From Macrostomum lignano (Eukaryota): 64,000 bases of DNA. Both the position numbers and the translations under genes were made by a program. The stretch covers positions 47,386 through 111,385 of the forward strand of contig NIVC01002879.1 of the NCBI GenBank assembly GCA_002269645.1, read 5' to 3'. Below are positions 22,810 to 36,500 of this stretch, piece by piece (position 1 is the stretch's first letter; every line of letters begins with the position of its first letter). The notes beneath the pieces were generated by a model. The model did not search any database, was not told where the DNA came from, and was given only the letters and a program-made list of their open reading frames with translations.

Positions 22810-24490
22810 GAGACAGTGAGAGGGAGACAGCGAGAGGGAGACAGTGAGAGGGAGACAGTGAGAGGGAGGCAGTGAGAGGGAGACAGCGAGAGAGAGACAG
22901 TAAGAGAGAGACAGTAAGAGGGAGACAGTGAGAGGGAGACAGTGAGAGGGGGACAATGAGAGGGAGACAGTAAGAGGGAGACAGTGAGAGGCAGACAGTG
23001 AGAGGGAGAACAGTGAGAGGGAGACAGCGAGAGGCAGACAGTGAGAGGGAGACAGCGAGAGGCAGACAGTGAGAGGGAGACAGCGAGAGGCAGACAGTGA
23101 GAGGGAGACAGTGAGAGGGAGACAGCGAGAGGGAGACAGTGAGAGGGAGACAGTGAGGGGGGACAGTGAGAGGCAGACAGTGAGAGGGAAACAGTGAAAG
23201 GTAAACAGTGAGAGGGAGACAATGAGAGGGAGACAGTGAGAGGGAGACAGTGAGAGGGAGACAGTGAGAGGGAGACAGCTAGAGGGAGACAGTGAGAGGG
23301 AGAACAGTGAGAGGGAGACAGTGCGAGGCAGACAGTGAGAGGGAGACAGTGAGAGGGAGAACAGTCAGAGGGAGACAGGAAGACAGTGAGAGGGAGACAG
23401 GAAGACAGTGAGAGGGAGACAGTGAGAGGGAGACAGGGAGAGGAAGACAGTGAGAGGGAGACAGTGAGAGGGGGATAATGAGAGGGAGACAGTGAGAGGG
23501 AGACAGTGAGAGGGAGACAGTGAGAGGGAGACAGTGAGAGGGAGACAGTGAGAGGGAGACAGTGAGAGGGAGACAGTGAGAGGGAGACAGTGAGAGGGAG
23601 ACAGTGAGAGGGAGACAGTGAGAGGGAGACAGTGAGAGGGGGATAATGAGAGGGAGACAGTGAGAGGGAGACAGTGAGAGGGAGAAAAGCGAGAGGCAGA
23701 CAGTGAGAGGGAGACAGTGAGAGGGAGACAGCGAGAGGGAGACAGTGAGAGGGAGACAGTGAGAGGGAGACAGTGAGAGGGAGAAAGTGAGAGGGAGACA
23801 GTGAGAGGGAGACAGTGAGAGGGAGACAGTGAGAGGGAGACAGTGAGAGGGAGACAGCGAGAGGGAGACAGCGAGAGGGAGACAGTGAGAGGGAGACAGT
23901 GAGAGGGAGACAGTGAGAGGGAGAAAGTGAGAGGGAGACAGTGAGAGGGAGACAGTGAGAGGGGGATAATGAGAGGGAGACAGTGAGAGGGAGACAGTGA
24001 GAGGGAGAACAGTCAGAGGGAGACAGGAAGACAGTGAGAGGGAGACAGGAAGACAGTGAGAGGGAGACAGTGAGAGGGAGACAGGGAGAGGAAGACAGTG
24101 AGAGGGAGACAGTGAGAGGGGGATAATGAGAGGGAGACAGTGAGAGGGAGACAGTGAGAGGGAGAAAAGCGAGAGGCAGACAGTGAGAGGGAGACAGTGA
24201 GAGGGAGACAGCGAGAGGGAGACAGTGAGAGGGAGACAGTGAGAGGGAGACAGTGAGAGGGAGACAGTGAGAGGGAGAAAGTGAGAGGGAGACAGTGAGA
24301 GGGAGACAGTGAGAGGGAGACAGTGAGAGGGAGACAGTGAGAGGGAGACAGTGAGAGGGAGACAGTGAGAGGGAGAAAGTGAGAGGGAGACAGTGAGAGG
24401 GAGACAGTGAGAGGGAGACAGTGAGAGGGAGACAGTGAGAGGGAGACAGTGAGAGGGAGACAGTGAGAGGGAGACAGTGAGAGGGAGACA
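22810..24490. repeat. 14-bp minisatellite (~120 copies)
   Basis: Unit GAGACAGTGAGAGG; it produces the spurious long ORFs on the minus strand. Confidence 0.97.
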
Positions 24491-25099
24491 AGATATAGTA
24501 GACACAAGGCAAAATCAAACAGAATTATTCACCATAGGCCGGCAAGTCGAGCTAATCTTCAACAGGGTCCTATATATACGAGTTCCTTTGCCAGGTAAAA
24601 CATATTACCCGAAGGTACAGTATAAAAAGAAAAAACCTTGATGAAGTTGGGTGCTTCACGAAAGAAGTCGCTTCGATCCAAGTGCCTGTCGCAACGCGGG
24701 GGGGGGGGGGGCACACACACATAGAGCCTGTCGCAAAAGCAAAAAGAAGCAGGATGTCTGGGGACACACAAAAAACATACAGAGACGGAGAGCCGGGAGA
24801 AAACTTTAACTTCGTAGTCGTTCCCTTAGCGGCCTGTTTATATATAGATCTGTCGACCGCTTTGGCCGCTCTCTGTGCTAGCTTGGGTGGGGGGATTTTT
24901 ATACTTTGCTGGGTCCAGCTGCCACAGCCAGACTGCGGCTTATATCACCAAGGAGAACTGGAAGTTGAACTTGAAATGGCGAATCAGCCCCCCCCCCTAC
25001 CACCACGCCAGCCACTCATTTTTTTCAGACTAGTCTGAATCCAGGGGGTCCAAGGGGGTCATATGACACCCTCCTTTGAGAAAATCTGAGGGTCGGGAT

Positions 25100-25500
25100 G
25101 GTGGGGTCATGAGCCCCCCCCCTCCCCAAGAACCCAAGAAAATTTGAGGAGCGTGGTAGCGGGGTCGTGACCCCCCAGAAAATCTGAGGGACGTGGTAGC
25201 GGGGTCGTGACCCCCCAGAAAATCTGAGGGACGTGGTAGCGGGGTCGTGACCTCCCAGAAAATCTGAGGGACGTGGTAGCGGGGTCGTGACCCCCCCCCC
25301 CAAGAAAATCTGAGGGACGTGGTAGCGGGGTCGTGACCCCCCAGAAAATCTGAGGGACGTGGTAGCGGGGTCGTGACCCCCCCCAGAAAGTCTGAGGGGC
25401 GAGGTGGCGGTGTGATGACCCCCAGAAAATTTGAGGGGCAATTGGTGCCGGTGTAAAGACCCCCCCTCCCCAGAAAATGTGAGGGGTCATAACCCCCTTA
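25100..25500. repeat. ~40-bp G-rich minisatellite
   Basis: Unit GAAAATCTGAGGGACGTGGTAGCGGGGTCGTGACCCCCCA. Confidence 0.88.
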
Positions 25501-25879
25501 GAAATTTGAGAACTGTTTTCAATAAGACAACAATTTTGAGGGTTGGTCATCACTCCAGTTCCTGTTTCTGGGCCTCCTTGATATGGCTGGTCATCCTTCT
25601 CTCACCCCTGCCCCAGAAGATGAGGGACTTGCATAGCAGCCAATGGGCATCATTGCGAGGAGCGGATGCTGCTGTGTCTGTGGCAGGATGGGGGTTTTGG
25701 AGGAGGGGGAATGGAAGAGAACGGGAGGGAATTCCTATGTTTACAGGCGCAGTTCATATCAGTTGCACAAGCACGATAAGTCGAAACCAGTTTTTCTGCT
25801 TGACCCTCTCGCTCTTGATAATTCTCACTGATGGATGCGGCTCGTTCGCACTTTGCCCATCTGACTTCCTTGCTTCTCT

Positions 25880-26606
25880 GACCTGCTGCTCTCACACCGC
25901 TCCCGACTCTCCCTCTCTTCTCTCACTGCTCTCACACCGCTCCCACTCTCCCTCTCTTCTCTCACTGCTCTCACACCGCTCCCGACTCTCCCTCTCTTCT
26001 CTCACTGCTCTCACACCGCTCCCACTCTCCCTCTCTTCTCTCACTGCTCTCACACCGCTCCCGACTCTCCCTCTCTTCTCTCACTGCTCTCACACCGCTC
26101 CCACTCTCCCTCTCTTCTCTCACTGCTCTCACACCGCTCCCACTCTCCCTCTCTTCTCTCACTGCTCTCACACCGCTCCCGACTCTCCCTCTCTTCTCTC
26201 ACTGCTCTCACACCGCTCCCGACTCTCCCTCTCTTCTCTCACTGCTCTCACACCGCTCCCACTCTCCCTCTCTTCTCTCACTGCTCTCACACCGCTCCTG
26301 ACTCTCCCTCTCTTCTCTCACTGCTCTCACACCGCTCCCACTCTCCCTCTCTTCTCTCACTGCTCTCACACCGCTCCCGACTCTCCCTCTCTTCTCTCAC
26401 TGCTCTCACACCGCTCCCGACTCTCCCTCTCTTCTCTCACTGCTCTCACACCGCTCCCACTCTCCCTCTCTTCTCTCACTGCTCTCACACCGCTCCCGAC
26501 TCTCCCTCTCTTCTCTCACTGCTCTCACACCGCTCCCGACTCTCCCTCTCTTCTCTCACTGCTCTCACACCGCTCCCGACTCTCCCTCTCTTCTCTCACT
26601 GCTCTC
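25880..26606. repeat. 39/40-bp minisatellite
   Basis: Unit CTCTCCCTCTCTTCTCTCACTGCTCTCACACCGCTCCC(G)A. Confidence 0.95.
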
Positions 26607-27900
26607 CTGGTCCTTTCTCTCTGTCTCTCTCTCCCTGTCTCTCCCTGTCTCCTCCTGTCTCCCCCTGTCTCTCCCTGTGTCTCCCCCTGTCTCCCCTCTC
26701 TTCCTGTCTCCCCCTGTCTCTCCCTGTCTCCCCCTCTCTTCCTGTCTCCCCCCTCTTCCTGTCTCCCCCCTGTCTCTCCCTGTCTCCCCCTGTCTCCCCC
26801 TCTCTTCCTGTCTCCCCCTCTTCCTGTCTCTCCCTGTTTCTCCCTGTCTCCCCCTGTCTCCCCCTCTCTTCCTGTCTCCCTCCTCTCTTCCTGTCTCCCC
26901 CTCTTCCTGTCTCCCCCTGTCTCTCCCTGTCTCCCCCTCTCTTCCTGTCTCCCCTCTCTTCCTGTCTCCCCCTGTCTCTCCCTGTCTCCCCCTCTCCCTG
27001 TCTCTCCCTGTCTCCCCCTGTCTCCCCTCTCTTCCTGTCTCCCCTGTCTCTCCCTGTCTCCCCCTCTCTTCCTGTCTCCCCCCTCTTCCTGTCTCCCCCC
27101 TGTCTCTCCCTGTCTCCCCCCTCTCCCTGTCTCTCCCTGTCTCCCCCTGTCTCCCCTCTCTTCCTGTCTCCCCCTGTCTCTCCCTGTCTCCCCCTCTCTT
27201 CCTGTCTCCCCCCTCTTCCTGTCTCCCCCTGTCTCTCCCTGTCTCCCCCTCTCTTCCTGTCTCCCCCCTCTTCCTGTCTCTCCCTGTCTCTCCCTGTCTC
27301 CCCCTGTCTCCCCCTCTCTTCCTGTCTCCCTCCTCTCTTCCTGTCTCCCCCCTCTTCCTGTCTCCCCCTGTCTCTCCCTGTCTCCCCCTCTCTTCCTGTC
27401 TCCCCCTCTTCCTGTCTCCCCCCTCTCCCTGTCTCTCCCTGTCTCCCCCTGTCTCCCCCTCTCTTCCTGTCTCCCCCCTCTTCCTGTCTCTCCCTGTCTC
27501 TCCCTGTCTCCCCCTGTCTCCCCCTCTCTTCCTGTCTCCCTCCTCTCTTCCTGTCTCCCCCTCTTCCTGTCTCCCCCTGTCTCTCCCTGTCTCCCCCTCT
27601 CTTCCTGTCTCCCCCTCTCTTCCTGTCTCCCCCTCTCCCTGTCTCCCCCTGTCTCCCCCTCTCTTCCTGTCTCCCCCCTCTTCCTGTCTCTCCCTGTCTC
27701 TCCCTGTCTCCCCCTGTCTCCCCCTCTCTTCCTGTCTCCCTCCTCTCTTCCTGTCTCCCCCCTCTTCCTGTCTCCCCCTGTCTCCCCCCTCTTCCTGTCT
27801 CCCCCTGTCTCTCCCTGTCTCCCCCTGTCTCCCCCTCTTTTCCTGTCTCTCCCTGTCTCTCTCTATCTCTCCCGTGTCTCCCTATCTCTCCCTGCCTATC
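26607..27900. repeat. Pyrimidine-rich degenerate repeat (CTCCCTGTCT-like)
   Basis: Direct inspection. Confidence 0.95.
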
Positions 27901-28532
27901 CCTGTCTATCTCTCAGTCTGCCCCTTAGGCCAACCCCTATAGCACAGACAGTGTACATGCCTGTTGATTAGATAGTCAGGGCCGCTGTACACCGTGTGAG
28001 CATGTGCTTGCTCAGCGCTTGCTGTCTCCTCACTAGCTGTGCACAGCACTCGATAACTTTGAAATCGAAACATCAAACTGTATTGTGAATCCGTGTGAGC
28101 CAAACTACACTGCACTTGGGTTAACCAGTCCGCTGTAAAGCCCCGCTCCACTGACACATTTTGTTCTTGCAAAACCGCACGGAAGGCGGGCAACAGCTGC
28201 ATTGGGTGGTGCTCTTCACATCCGTCCAAACCTATTGCTAATGGTTCTGGCGCCTGGGGCACTTAAAATTCTTTCCCATGTGGCTGGCAGGCTGGCTTCC
28301 CCTAGCCATCCATATAATCCAATGATCCCATCTGCCTAATCTGCACTAACTGCTTCTGTCAGAGCCAACCTACGGCCGAAAAAGCCCCTATAAGCCATAT
28401 AAGCCTTGGCAAAAGTCATAAATATTAACTGAAGGACACTTTAAACAAAAAGAAAAATTAAATTAACACTTGGAATTCCATTCACTCTTTTTTAAATCCT
28501 AAACCAAGCCTTTTATTATTCGTATTAAATAC

Positions 28533-29422
28533 AGTAGCTCTATGGCAGTTTGGATAATGAGGCAGTAGCTCTATGCCAGTTTGGATAATGAGGCAGTAGC
28601 TCTATGGCAGTTTGGATAATGAGGCAGCAGCTCTATGCCAGTTTGGATAATGAGGCAGTAGCTCTATGCCAGTTTGGATAATGAGGCAGCAGCTCTATGG
28701 CAGTTTGGATAATGAGGCAGCAGCTCTATGGCAGTTTGGATAATGAGGCAGCAGCTCTATGCCAGTTTGGATAATGAGGCAGTAGCTCTATGGCAGTTTG
28801 GATAATGAGGCAGTAGCTCTATGGCAGTTTGGATAATGAGGCAGCAGCTCTATGGCAGTTTGGATAATGAGGCAGCAGCTCTATGCCAGTTTGGATAATG
28901 AGGCAGCAGCTCTATGCCAGTTTGGATAATGAGGCAGCAGCTCTATGCCAGTTTGGATAATGAGGCAGTAGCTCTATGCCAGTTTGGATAATGAGGCAGC
29001 AGCTCTATGGCAGTTTGGATAATGAGGCAGTAGCTCTATGGCAGTTTGGATAATGAGGCAGCAGCTCTATGCCAGTTTGGATAATGAGGCAGTAGCTCTA
29101 TGCCAGTTTGGATAATGAGGCAGCAGCTCTATGCCAGTTTGGATAATGAGGCAGCAGCTCTATGCCAGTTTGGATAATGAGGCAGCAGCTCTATGCCAGT
29201 TTGGATAATGAGGCAGTAGCTCTATGGCAGTTTGGATAATGAGGCAGCAGCTCTATGGCAGTTTGGATAATGAGGCAGCAGCTCTATGCCAGTTTGGATA
29301 ATGAGGCAGCAGCTCTATGCCAGTTTGGATAATGAGGCAGCAGCTCTATGGCAGTTTGGATAATGAGGCAGCAGCTCTATGGCAGTTTGGATAATGAGGC
29401 AGCAGCTCTATGGCAGTTTGGA
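28533..29422. repeat. 31-bp minisatellite (~28 copies)
   Basis: Unit AGGCAGYAGCTCTATGSCAGTTTGGATAATG. Confidence 0.97.
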
Positions 29423-29972
29423 ATAACGAAGATTTAGTATCTTCAGCAACTGGGGGAGTTTTGGGGTTTAACAATTCATATTGATTTACATGTATCTGAC
29501 TAAGTACTTTATAAAACTCACTAACTGAAACAATTGTAAGCATGCAGTTTGGTTAACTCAGTTAAGAGAGATTATTTATTAAAAAATTTGCTAGTCTCTA
29601 ATCGAACCGAAAGGGAACAATGTTATCAACTAATTTGCGATTATTAAATGGGAGCTGACATTTTTGTATTTAATATCATCGAAAAATTTGAATATTGCGT
29701 GCTTGAAGCTATACTTATACAGTAGTATCACGGGGATATGTGAAAATGTTAAGCACTTTCAAATTTCGAATTTCAAATGTCTATATTGATTCGCGCTTGA
29801 AAAATAATTTTAAGGTTTTATCTTATAAGCTGCAGAGGTGATGCAATATAATCTATAAATACACTTTTCTGTTACTATAAGTAGTTTACTGATTTCGAAG
29901 GATACTTTTTAATAAAACTATTTCTTGTATGATAGCATCTTTGTAGATATATTTTTTTCACTTCCAAACAAA

Positions 29973-32941
29973 TCATTCGATATACATCGAACAGCCGGAG
30001 GTAAAAAACTCTGGAACCCTCTCGTTCTGCAGAGCACTTCCCAACTTCTCTAATTGTTTCACGTCCTCCCTATCTGACCGCTTCACATGGCCAACTTGAC
30101 TGTCCCAGATGGCTATGAGCCAGATCAGGTCGATCAACTCGAATCCGGTGATGAGGCTGACGCCAAACCACAGGCCGAGAATTCCTCCGATCTGGAATGG
30201 GTAGAGGCCGATTTACATAGTCCCGATTTACATAGTCCCGATTCACATAGTCCCAGATTCACATAGTCCCAGATTCACATAGTCCCAGATTCACATAGTC
30301 CCAGATTCACATAGTCCCAGATTCACATAGTCCCAGATTCACATAGTCCCAGATTCACATAGTCCCAGATTCACATAGTCCCAGATTCACATAGTCCCAG
30401 ATTCACATAGTCCCAGATTCACATAGTCCCAGATTCACTTAGTCCCAGATTCACTTAGTCCCAGATTCACTTAGTCCCAGATTCACTTAGTCCCAGATTC
30501 ACTTAGTCCCAGATTCACTTAGTCCCAGATTCACTTAGTCCCAGATTCACTTAGCCCCGATTCACATAGACGAAATGCACAGCTCCAACTCCCATATTCA
30601 AGATTTAAACAGTCCTGATTCACATAGATAGAGATTCACATAGTCCCGGTTCACATAGACCCAGATTCACACAATCCTGATTCATGGAGCCAGAGTGACA
30701 AATTCCCAGAGTGATAAATTCCTAGAGACTCAAAGTGATGAAGATGCAATTAGTTTAAGTTGGACTGTTAACCGCATTGTAATTAGTCCTACAACTTACC
30801 TCTGACAAGATTTCAAACCATTGGTAGGTAAAGGACTCCGTGTAAGCAATGCTGTAAGGCGACTCCAGCCTAACAACCAGTCTGACAACATTTTCCTTGA
30901 CCTTCTGGGTATTGAGAGCTATTGCGGCTTTTGGCATGCTTTCTTTCAATAATTTAGTCAGGGACTCGCTGTCCCTACTCAACGAATGCACAGCCGAATA
31001 ATCTCGCAGGTAAGTGGTTCGAGCAGTCAGTGAGCTGTTCCAACTCGGTACCGCGTATTCGTCCCGGTGTTGAGCATTCCGCTGGCGCATTTTGATAAAC
31101 GATACAGCAATGGGCATGAGGTCCTCGTCACTGGGCCAGTCTAAGCTTTCTAACTGCACTTCTCTGGACACAGAATGGCAGGGTTTCCACATGGTCACGT
31201 GATTAGGCGCCGAGTTCAATAATTTAGACCACCATCTGTCGTGACAGCGGATCCTGTCTAGAGCCTCCTTGGGCAGCGTCGGTCGAGGGGCGCCGTCTTC
31301 ATCGGGCTGGACGTGATAGCAGAGGCTGGAGGAGCTGGCACCGGTGGGGCTCCGGTGAGAGCGGCAGCCGCACTTCTTGAACAGCTCTGCTTGAGCCCAA
31401 GTGTACAGATCGTCTTCAGGTGAGCGGACAAAGGCTCGACTTTCGCTGGTTCCGTTGACGACCGAACGCACCGTTCTGTAAACAACCTCGTCAGGTGGCT
31501 TGTCGGAGCACCGCTCCCTGCCTTTGTAGTTCAGCTTGTGCTTCTCCAAAGTTGATATTCGAAATGTGGCTGAGGTGCCCGACGCAATGATGTAGGACTG
31601 GTAGCCTGCGGGTTGGAGTGTTATGGATTGCAGTTAGTATTGATTAAAGTACAGTATAATGAAGAGTAGAGTAGAATTAGACAGTATATCGTAGACAGTA
31701 TAGACTTAAAGCGTATAGTCGAGGGTATAGAATACATCATGCAGAGAGTAGAGTAGAGCGTCAGCCTAATGGTCTCAACAAGCAGAGCTACACGTGCCAG
31801 ACGACTCATAGAGGTAGGCAGCTCTGCAGTCCAAGGCCCTGCAAGACTCTGACAGACTCGCTTGAAATCGACCTCGAGATAAGTCAAGGAGCGAAGCTGT
31901 TGACTCCAGCTGGCAGGGCCACGCCATCTTTGACCATAGGTAAAAATGCTTGTTGATAATAGAGAATACAGTATAATGCTCGATGAACTGTAACACCTAT
32001 TCGCCCATACCATTAAACGGATAGGTGTTCCTCGGATGCAGTATCGCACTAATTCCATTGGGCTGTTCATTATTTGCTAGGATCTGGTTAAGCGGGAATT
32101 CCTCCGGATTGGTGGTTAGATACTCGGTCAGCGACAGGCCCTTGTCGTAGTAGGTCTTTGAAGATGCTTTATACGCGGCGTGTTTCTGATAGTGGGATTC
32201 GAAAATGCTGCTGTCAGTGAAGAGATTTATGAGCAGGATGGAGTTAAATTTAGACCCATGATCGGCCATCTTGTTGCTTTCTGACGGACTAAAAGTGAGG
32301 CAGTCAAAGTGATGGTGGTGCTGGATTAGACTAAAATTGCTTGGTTCGCAGGGTAAACGCTTGAATCTGCAGCTAAATATGCTGCTTTGGTAGTGCATAC
32401 TCAGCCAAGAGTCAAGGAAAGTCTTGTCAAGCCTGACTATCTCAAACATCTTGTAGTACAGAGCCTTCATCCTCTCCATGTAGTCCGTTATAGATTCGTT
32501 TCTTCTCTGCAAAGAGGACTCATCGTTGAACCAGCCGTCCAGGCGACGCGTGTAGTGAAGAAGCAAGTCAGTCCAGTTGCGTTCAAAGGACTGGGCCAAG
32601 AAGCTCTCGGAGATGGGCTTCAATCCGCAGATTGTGAGGTCAGGGAATTCAACCACGTTCTCGTTCAGCATCATAGTCGAGGCGACGCCGCTGTTGTGGA
32701 AGTCAATAATTAGCAAGATTAAGTGGGTAGTGCAGCAGGCCAGAGCCATCAGCAGGATCACTGACCACACTATCTTCCGCCACAGACTGCCAGCTGTAAG
32801 TAAATTTGGCAGGCCTTCGACTGTGGTGTGCTGGGCGCAATGGCCCATCGGCCCGGCGAGTTGCTCACATCTTGCGCAGCCGTCAGAGACACTGTTTCTG
32901 GGTGTTGAGGCCAGCGTGTCAATATCTTGCGGCTCGAGCAT
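29973..32941 (-). CDS. DEG/ENaC (amiloride-sensitive channel family) subunit; exons 32941-32011, 31605-30800, 30191-29973 (651 aa)
   Basis: GT-AG joins are in frame. TM1 WRKIVWSVILL, FPDLTIC, CGC, WPS, ENVVRLVV..EILSE|IGGILGLWFGVSLITGFE (GxS selectivity filter). Confidence 0.93.
30205..30670. repeat. 16-bp minisatellite in the ENaC intron
   Basis: Unit GATTCACATAGTCCCA, switching to GATTCACTTAGTCCCA midway. Confidence 0.95.
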
Positions 32942-33539
32942 CGCTGTGGCTGAATAGAGCGCGCCTCGACGGGCACGCTGAATCCACAGGTGTATGCGTT
33001 CCGACTATAATATTCTCAATTCATGGACCAACCTGGCTCAATTCATGTCGAGTGTCTATATAAGCCAGCTTGATCATTCTATTTTAATAAATCAATAAAT
33101 CTCTTTAGTTTATGGTCGCTATCGATAAATATAACCCGAGGATCATATGTAGTCAGGAGCGGCAGGATCAAACTTAGACCATCCTCATCCAGTTGCGTCG
33201 AAAATATATGCGAGTTGCAACCTTAGATAGATCTTATATTTCTATTGTGGCATTTGTGCCACGGACTTTGTGAACTTTTCCTGTTTTCCGTATGCACCCC
33301 ACCCCCCTTGTCTGAATCCCTGTATTGTCTGTCTGGTTCCTCGTCTGTCTCTGTCTGTCTGTCTGTCCGCATGTAACTCACTTATTGTCTGTATCTCTCC
33401 ACTGTCTACGAAGCTCGGGTGTACCCACCCCAATTATACTGCTATAAATGTGCCTCCCACTCTGCTTGGGAAGGGCACATCTTTTCCGATATCTCTCTGA
33501 AATTCTCAGTTCTGCAGAGCGAACTATCAGGTGCTACAA

Positions 33540-36500
33540 GCCAGCCTTTGCCTTTCAAAGTTATCACAATGGCGACGACGAGTTCCGCTCTGGAAGGCAT
33601 CCCAATTCTCTCCGCGAACACAGATATCGACGTGTATCTGGAGAGACTCCAACACTACTTCACCTGCAGAGGTGAAGGATGAGGCTAAGGTGGCTACACG
33701 AGTCACAGCAATTGGCGAGGAAGCCTATTCAGTGCTGCGCAACCTCTGTCTTCCCAAAAAGATGGCAGACAAGTCATTCCATGAGCTAACGGAGATCGTC
33801 ATGCGTAATCACTACGCTTCACAGCCATCTGAGCTGGCAGCCCGCTTTCGCTTCCAGCGTCGTCTGCAGCAGCCGGGCGAGACCTTCGCAGAGTTCATCG
33901 CCGGTCTGAAGGCCTTGTCGGCCCATTGCAACTTTGGCAACACTATGGAGGAGCGGCTCCGAGACCAGCTTGTCTTCGGCCTGCTCAATGACACCTTCCG
34001 AGTGAAACTGCTGGAGGAGGTGAAGCCCACCTTTAAATCTCTGCAGCAGAAAATTCTCTCCTTGGAGTCTGCAGAAAAGTCATCGCACGAGGTGGCGCCT
34101 GCGGAAGCTGCGGCGGCGTCCACAGCCGCCAGCAGTGCAAGCTGCGGGACGCCAAGTGCCACGCCTGTGGCAAGACTGGCCACATCCGTAAGGTTGGCCG
34201 CTCGGCCAAGCTGCAACTCCGCTCAGATGCCAATCTTCGCTGTTCAGCCGTCTGGAAGCAACGCAGGCCCGACGGTGCAGCTGCAGGTTAACGGACAGCA
34301 GTGCCGATTCGTTATTCGTTATTCGTTATCTGGATCTGCGGTCATTCTGATCCCGCAGAGCCTGCAGTAGAAGCTGTTGCCGTCGCTGCATCTGTCTCCG
34401 TCCGCAGCTATCCTGCGCACCTTCAGCGATTTCGCCCCATCGGCCAGGCGTCCGTCACCTTCCAGCTCGACGGTCAGCAGCTGCAGCTCCTTCTGCTTGT
34501 CGTCACGCAGGGCGACACCCCGCTGCTGGGGCGCGACTGGCTGGCCAGACTGCGGCTGAACTGGCCGAGCATCATGGCGCAGGTCCACTCCGTCTCTGCA
34601 GACGACGGCGTCGGGGACCTCATCAAGGAGTTCTCCTCTGTCTTCGAGGACGGCCTGGGAGAATTTCAGCATGGCCAAGTCCGGTTGCAGGTCACCGAAG
34701 GCTGCGGGAACGTGTGGACGCCGAGCTGCAGTGCATGGAGGCCAGCGGAATCATCAAGGCGGTCAAGCACAGCAACTGGGCGGCACCCATTGTGCCAGTG
34801 GTGAAGAAGGACGGCAGCGTTAGGATCTGCGCTGACTACAAACTCACTTACAACGCGGCGAGCAAGACGGAGCACTACCCGCTGCCACGCATCGAGGACC
34901 TCTTCGCCAAGCTCGGCGGTGGCTGCAAGTGGTCCAAGCTGGACCTGTCCGAGCAAGGCCTTCCTCACCATCAACACGCCAAGAGGACTTTTCCAGCTAA
35001 ACCGCATGCCTTTCGGCATCACCAGCGCCAGCGCCATCTTTCAGCGGACGCTGGACACCCTGCTGGGGGCCTCGACGCCGTCCAGGTCTTCGTCGACGAC
35101 ATCCTCGTCACGGGCGGCACCTTGCAGCAGCACAAAAATAACCTGGCCCTAGTCCTGCATCGCCTGCAGGGCGCTGGCCTTCGCCTGAACAAAGACAAGT
35201 GCCAGTTCTTCAAGGACTCCGTCGAGTATCTGGGCCATCGCATCGACGCCAACGGCCTCAGTCCGCTGCCTGATCGAGTCTCCGCCGTCCAGGATGCGCC
35301 GGCTCTAAAAGATGTCAGCCAGCTGCGCTCGTTTCTCGGCATGTTGGCACAGTATTGCAAGTTTCTGCCAAACCTGTCCACCGTGCTGGCACCGCTCCAC
35401 CAGCTCCTGGCCAAGAACACGTGCTGGACCGGGGAGCAGCCGCAGCAGCGGGCGTTTGACGAGGCGAAGCAATTGCTACTTCAGTCACCGGTGCTCGTGC
35501 ACTACAGCCCGGACCTGCCTCTACGCCTGGAGTGTGACGCCTCACCCTACGGCTTGGGTGTCGTGCTGACTCATCGCATCGGCAACAAGGACTGCGCGGT
35601 CGCCTTCGCCAGCCGCAGCCTAACGGCAGCTCAACGCGGCTACTCGCAGCTATAGACAAGAAGGCGCTGACCATCATGTTCGGCTTGCAGCGCTTCCACC
35701 AGTTCCTCTACGGCCGCCGGTTCACCATCGTCACCGACCACTTGCCGCTGCTGGGTCTGCTGGGCGAGCGCAAGGCCATCCCCGCGCACGCAGCCGCGCG
35801 CATGCAGCGCTGGGCCATCCGCCTGGCGAGTTACGACTACTCGCTGGAGTTCCGGCCGACAGAGAAGCACGCCAACTGCGACTCGCTCTCGCGGCTGCCG
35901 CTACCGCAGCTGTTTGAGGAGGAGGCGGCTGTCAACTCGCTCCTGCTCGACAAGGGCGCAGGGTTTGCCATCACAGCGCAAGCAGTCTCGCGGCACACCA
36001 GGACGGACGCAACGCTGGGCCGCGTGCTGCGCTGTCTGCAGGCCGGTGAGTCCATCAGTGCCGACCTCATCGACTTCGCCCGCCGACAGTCCGAGCTATT
36101 GGTCGACCAGAGCTGTGTCCTCTGGGGCGCCAGGTCGTGGTACCGACGGCGCTGCGACAGCGAGTGATGCAGGAGCTGCACCAGGCGCATCCCGGCATCA
36201 GCAGGATGCGTGCTCTTGCCCGCAGCTATGTCTGGTGGCCAGGCATCGACAGCGATCTGGAAGCTGCGGCCAAGGCCTACCGCACCTTCCAGCTTAACCA
36301 GGCTAAGGCACCGGTATAGTCGTGGCCATTCCCGACAGAGCCTTGGGAGCGCCTCCATGTCGACTTCGCCGGGCCCGTCAACGGCTACGTGTATCTGGTG
36401 GTGGTGGACGCTCGCAGCAAGTGGCCGGAGGTGCAACAGATGCGCAGCGCCACGGCGACCTCCCCCATCGCGACAGCCAAGGCATCCCTCGCACGTTGGT

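Noticed and set aside
22758-27971. Very long ORFs (586, 408, 846, 421 aa)
   Set aside because: Translations of 14-bp, 40-bp and CT-rich tandem repeats that simply lack stop codons
31775-31990. Extra ENaC exon (KDGVALPAGVNSF) within intron 1
   Set aside because: It hits a stop codon, whereas the direct 32011-31605 join gives a complete channel
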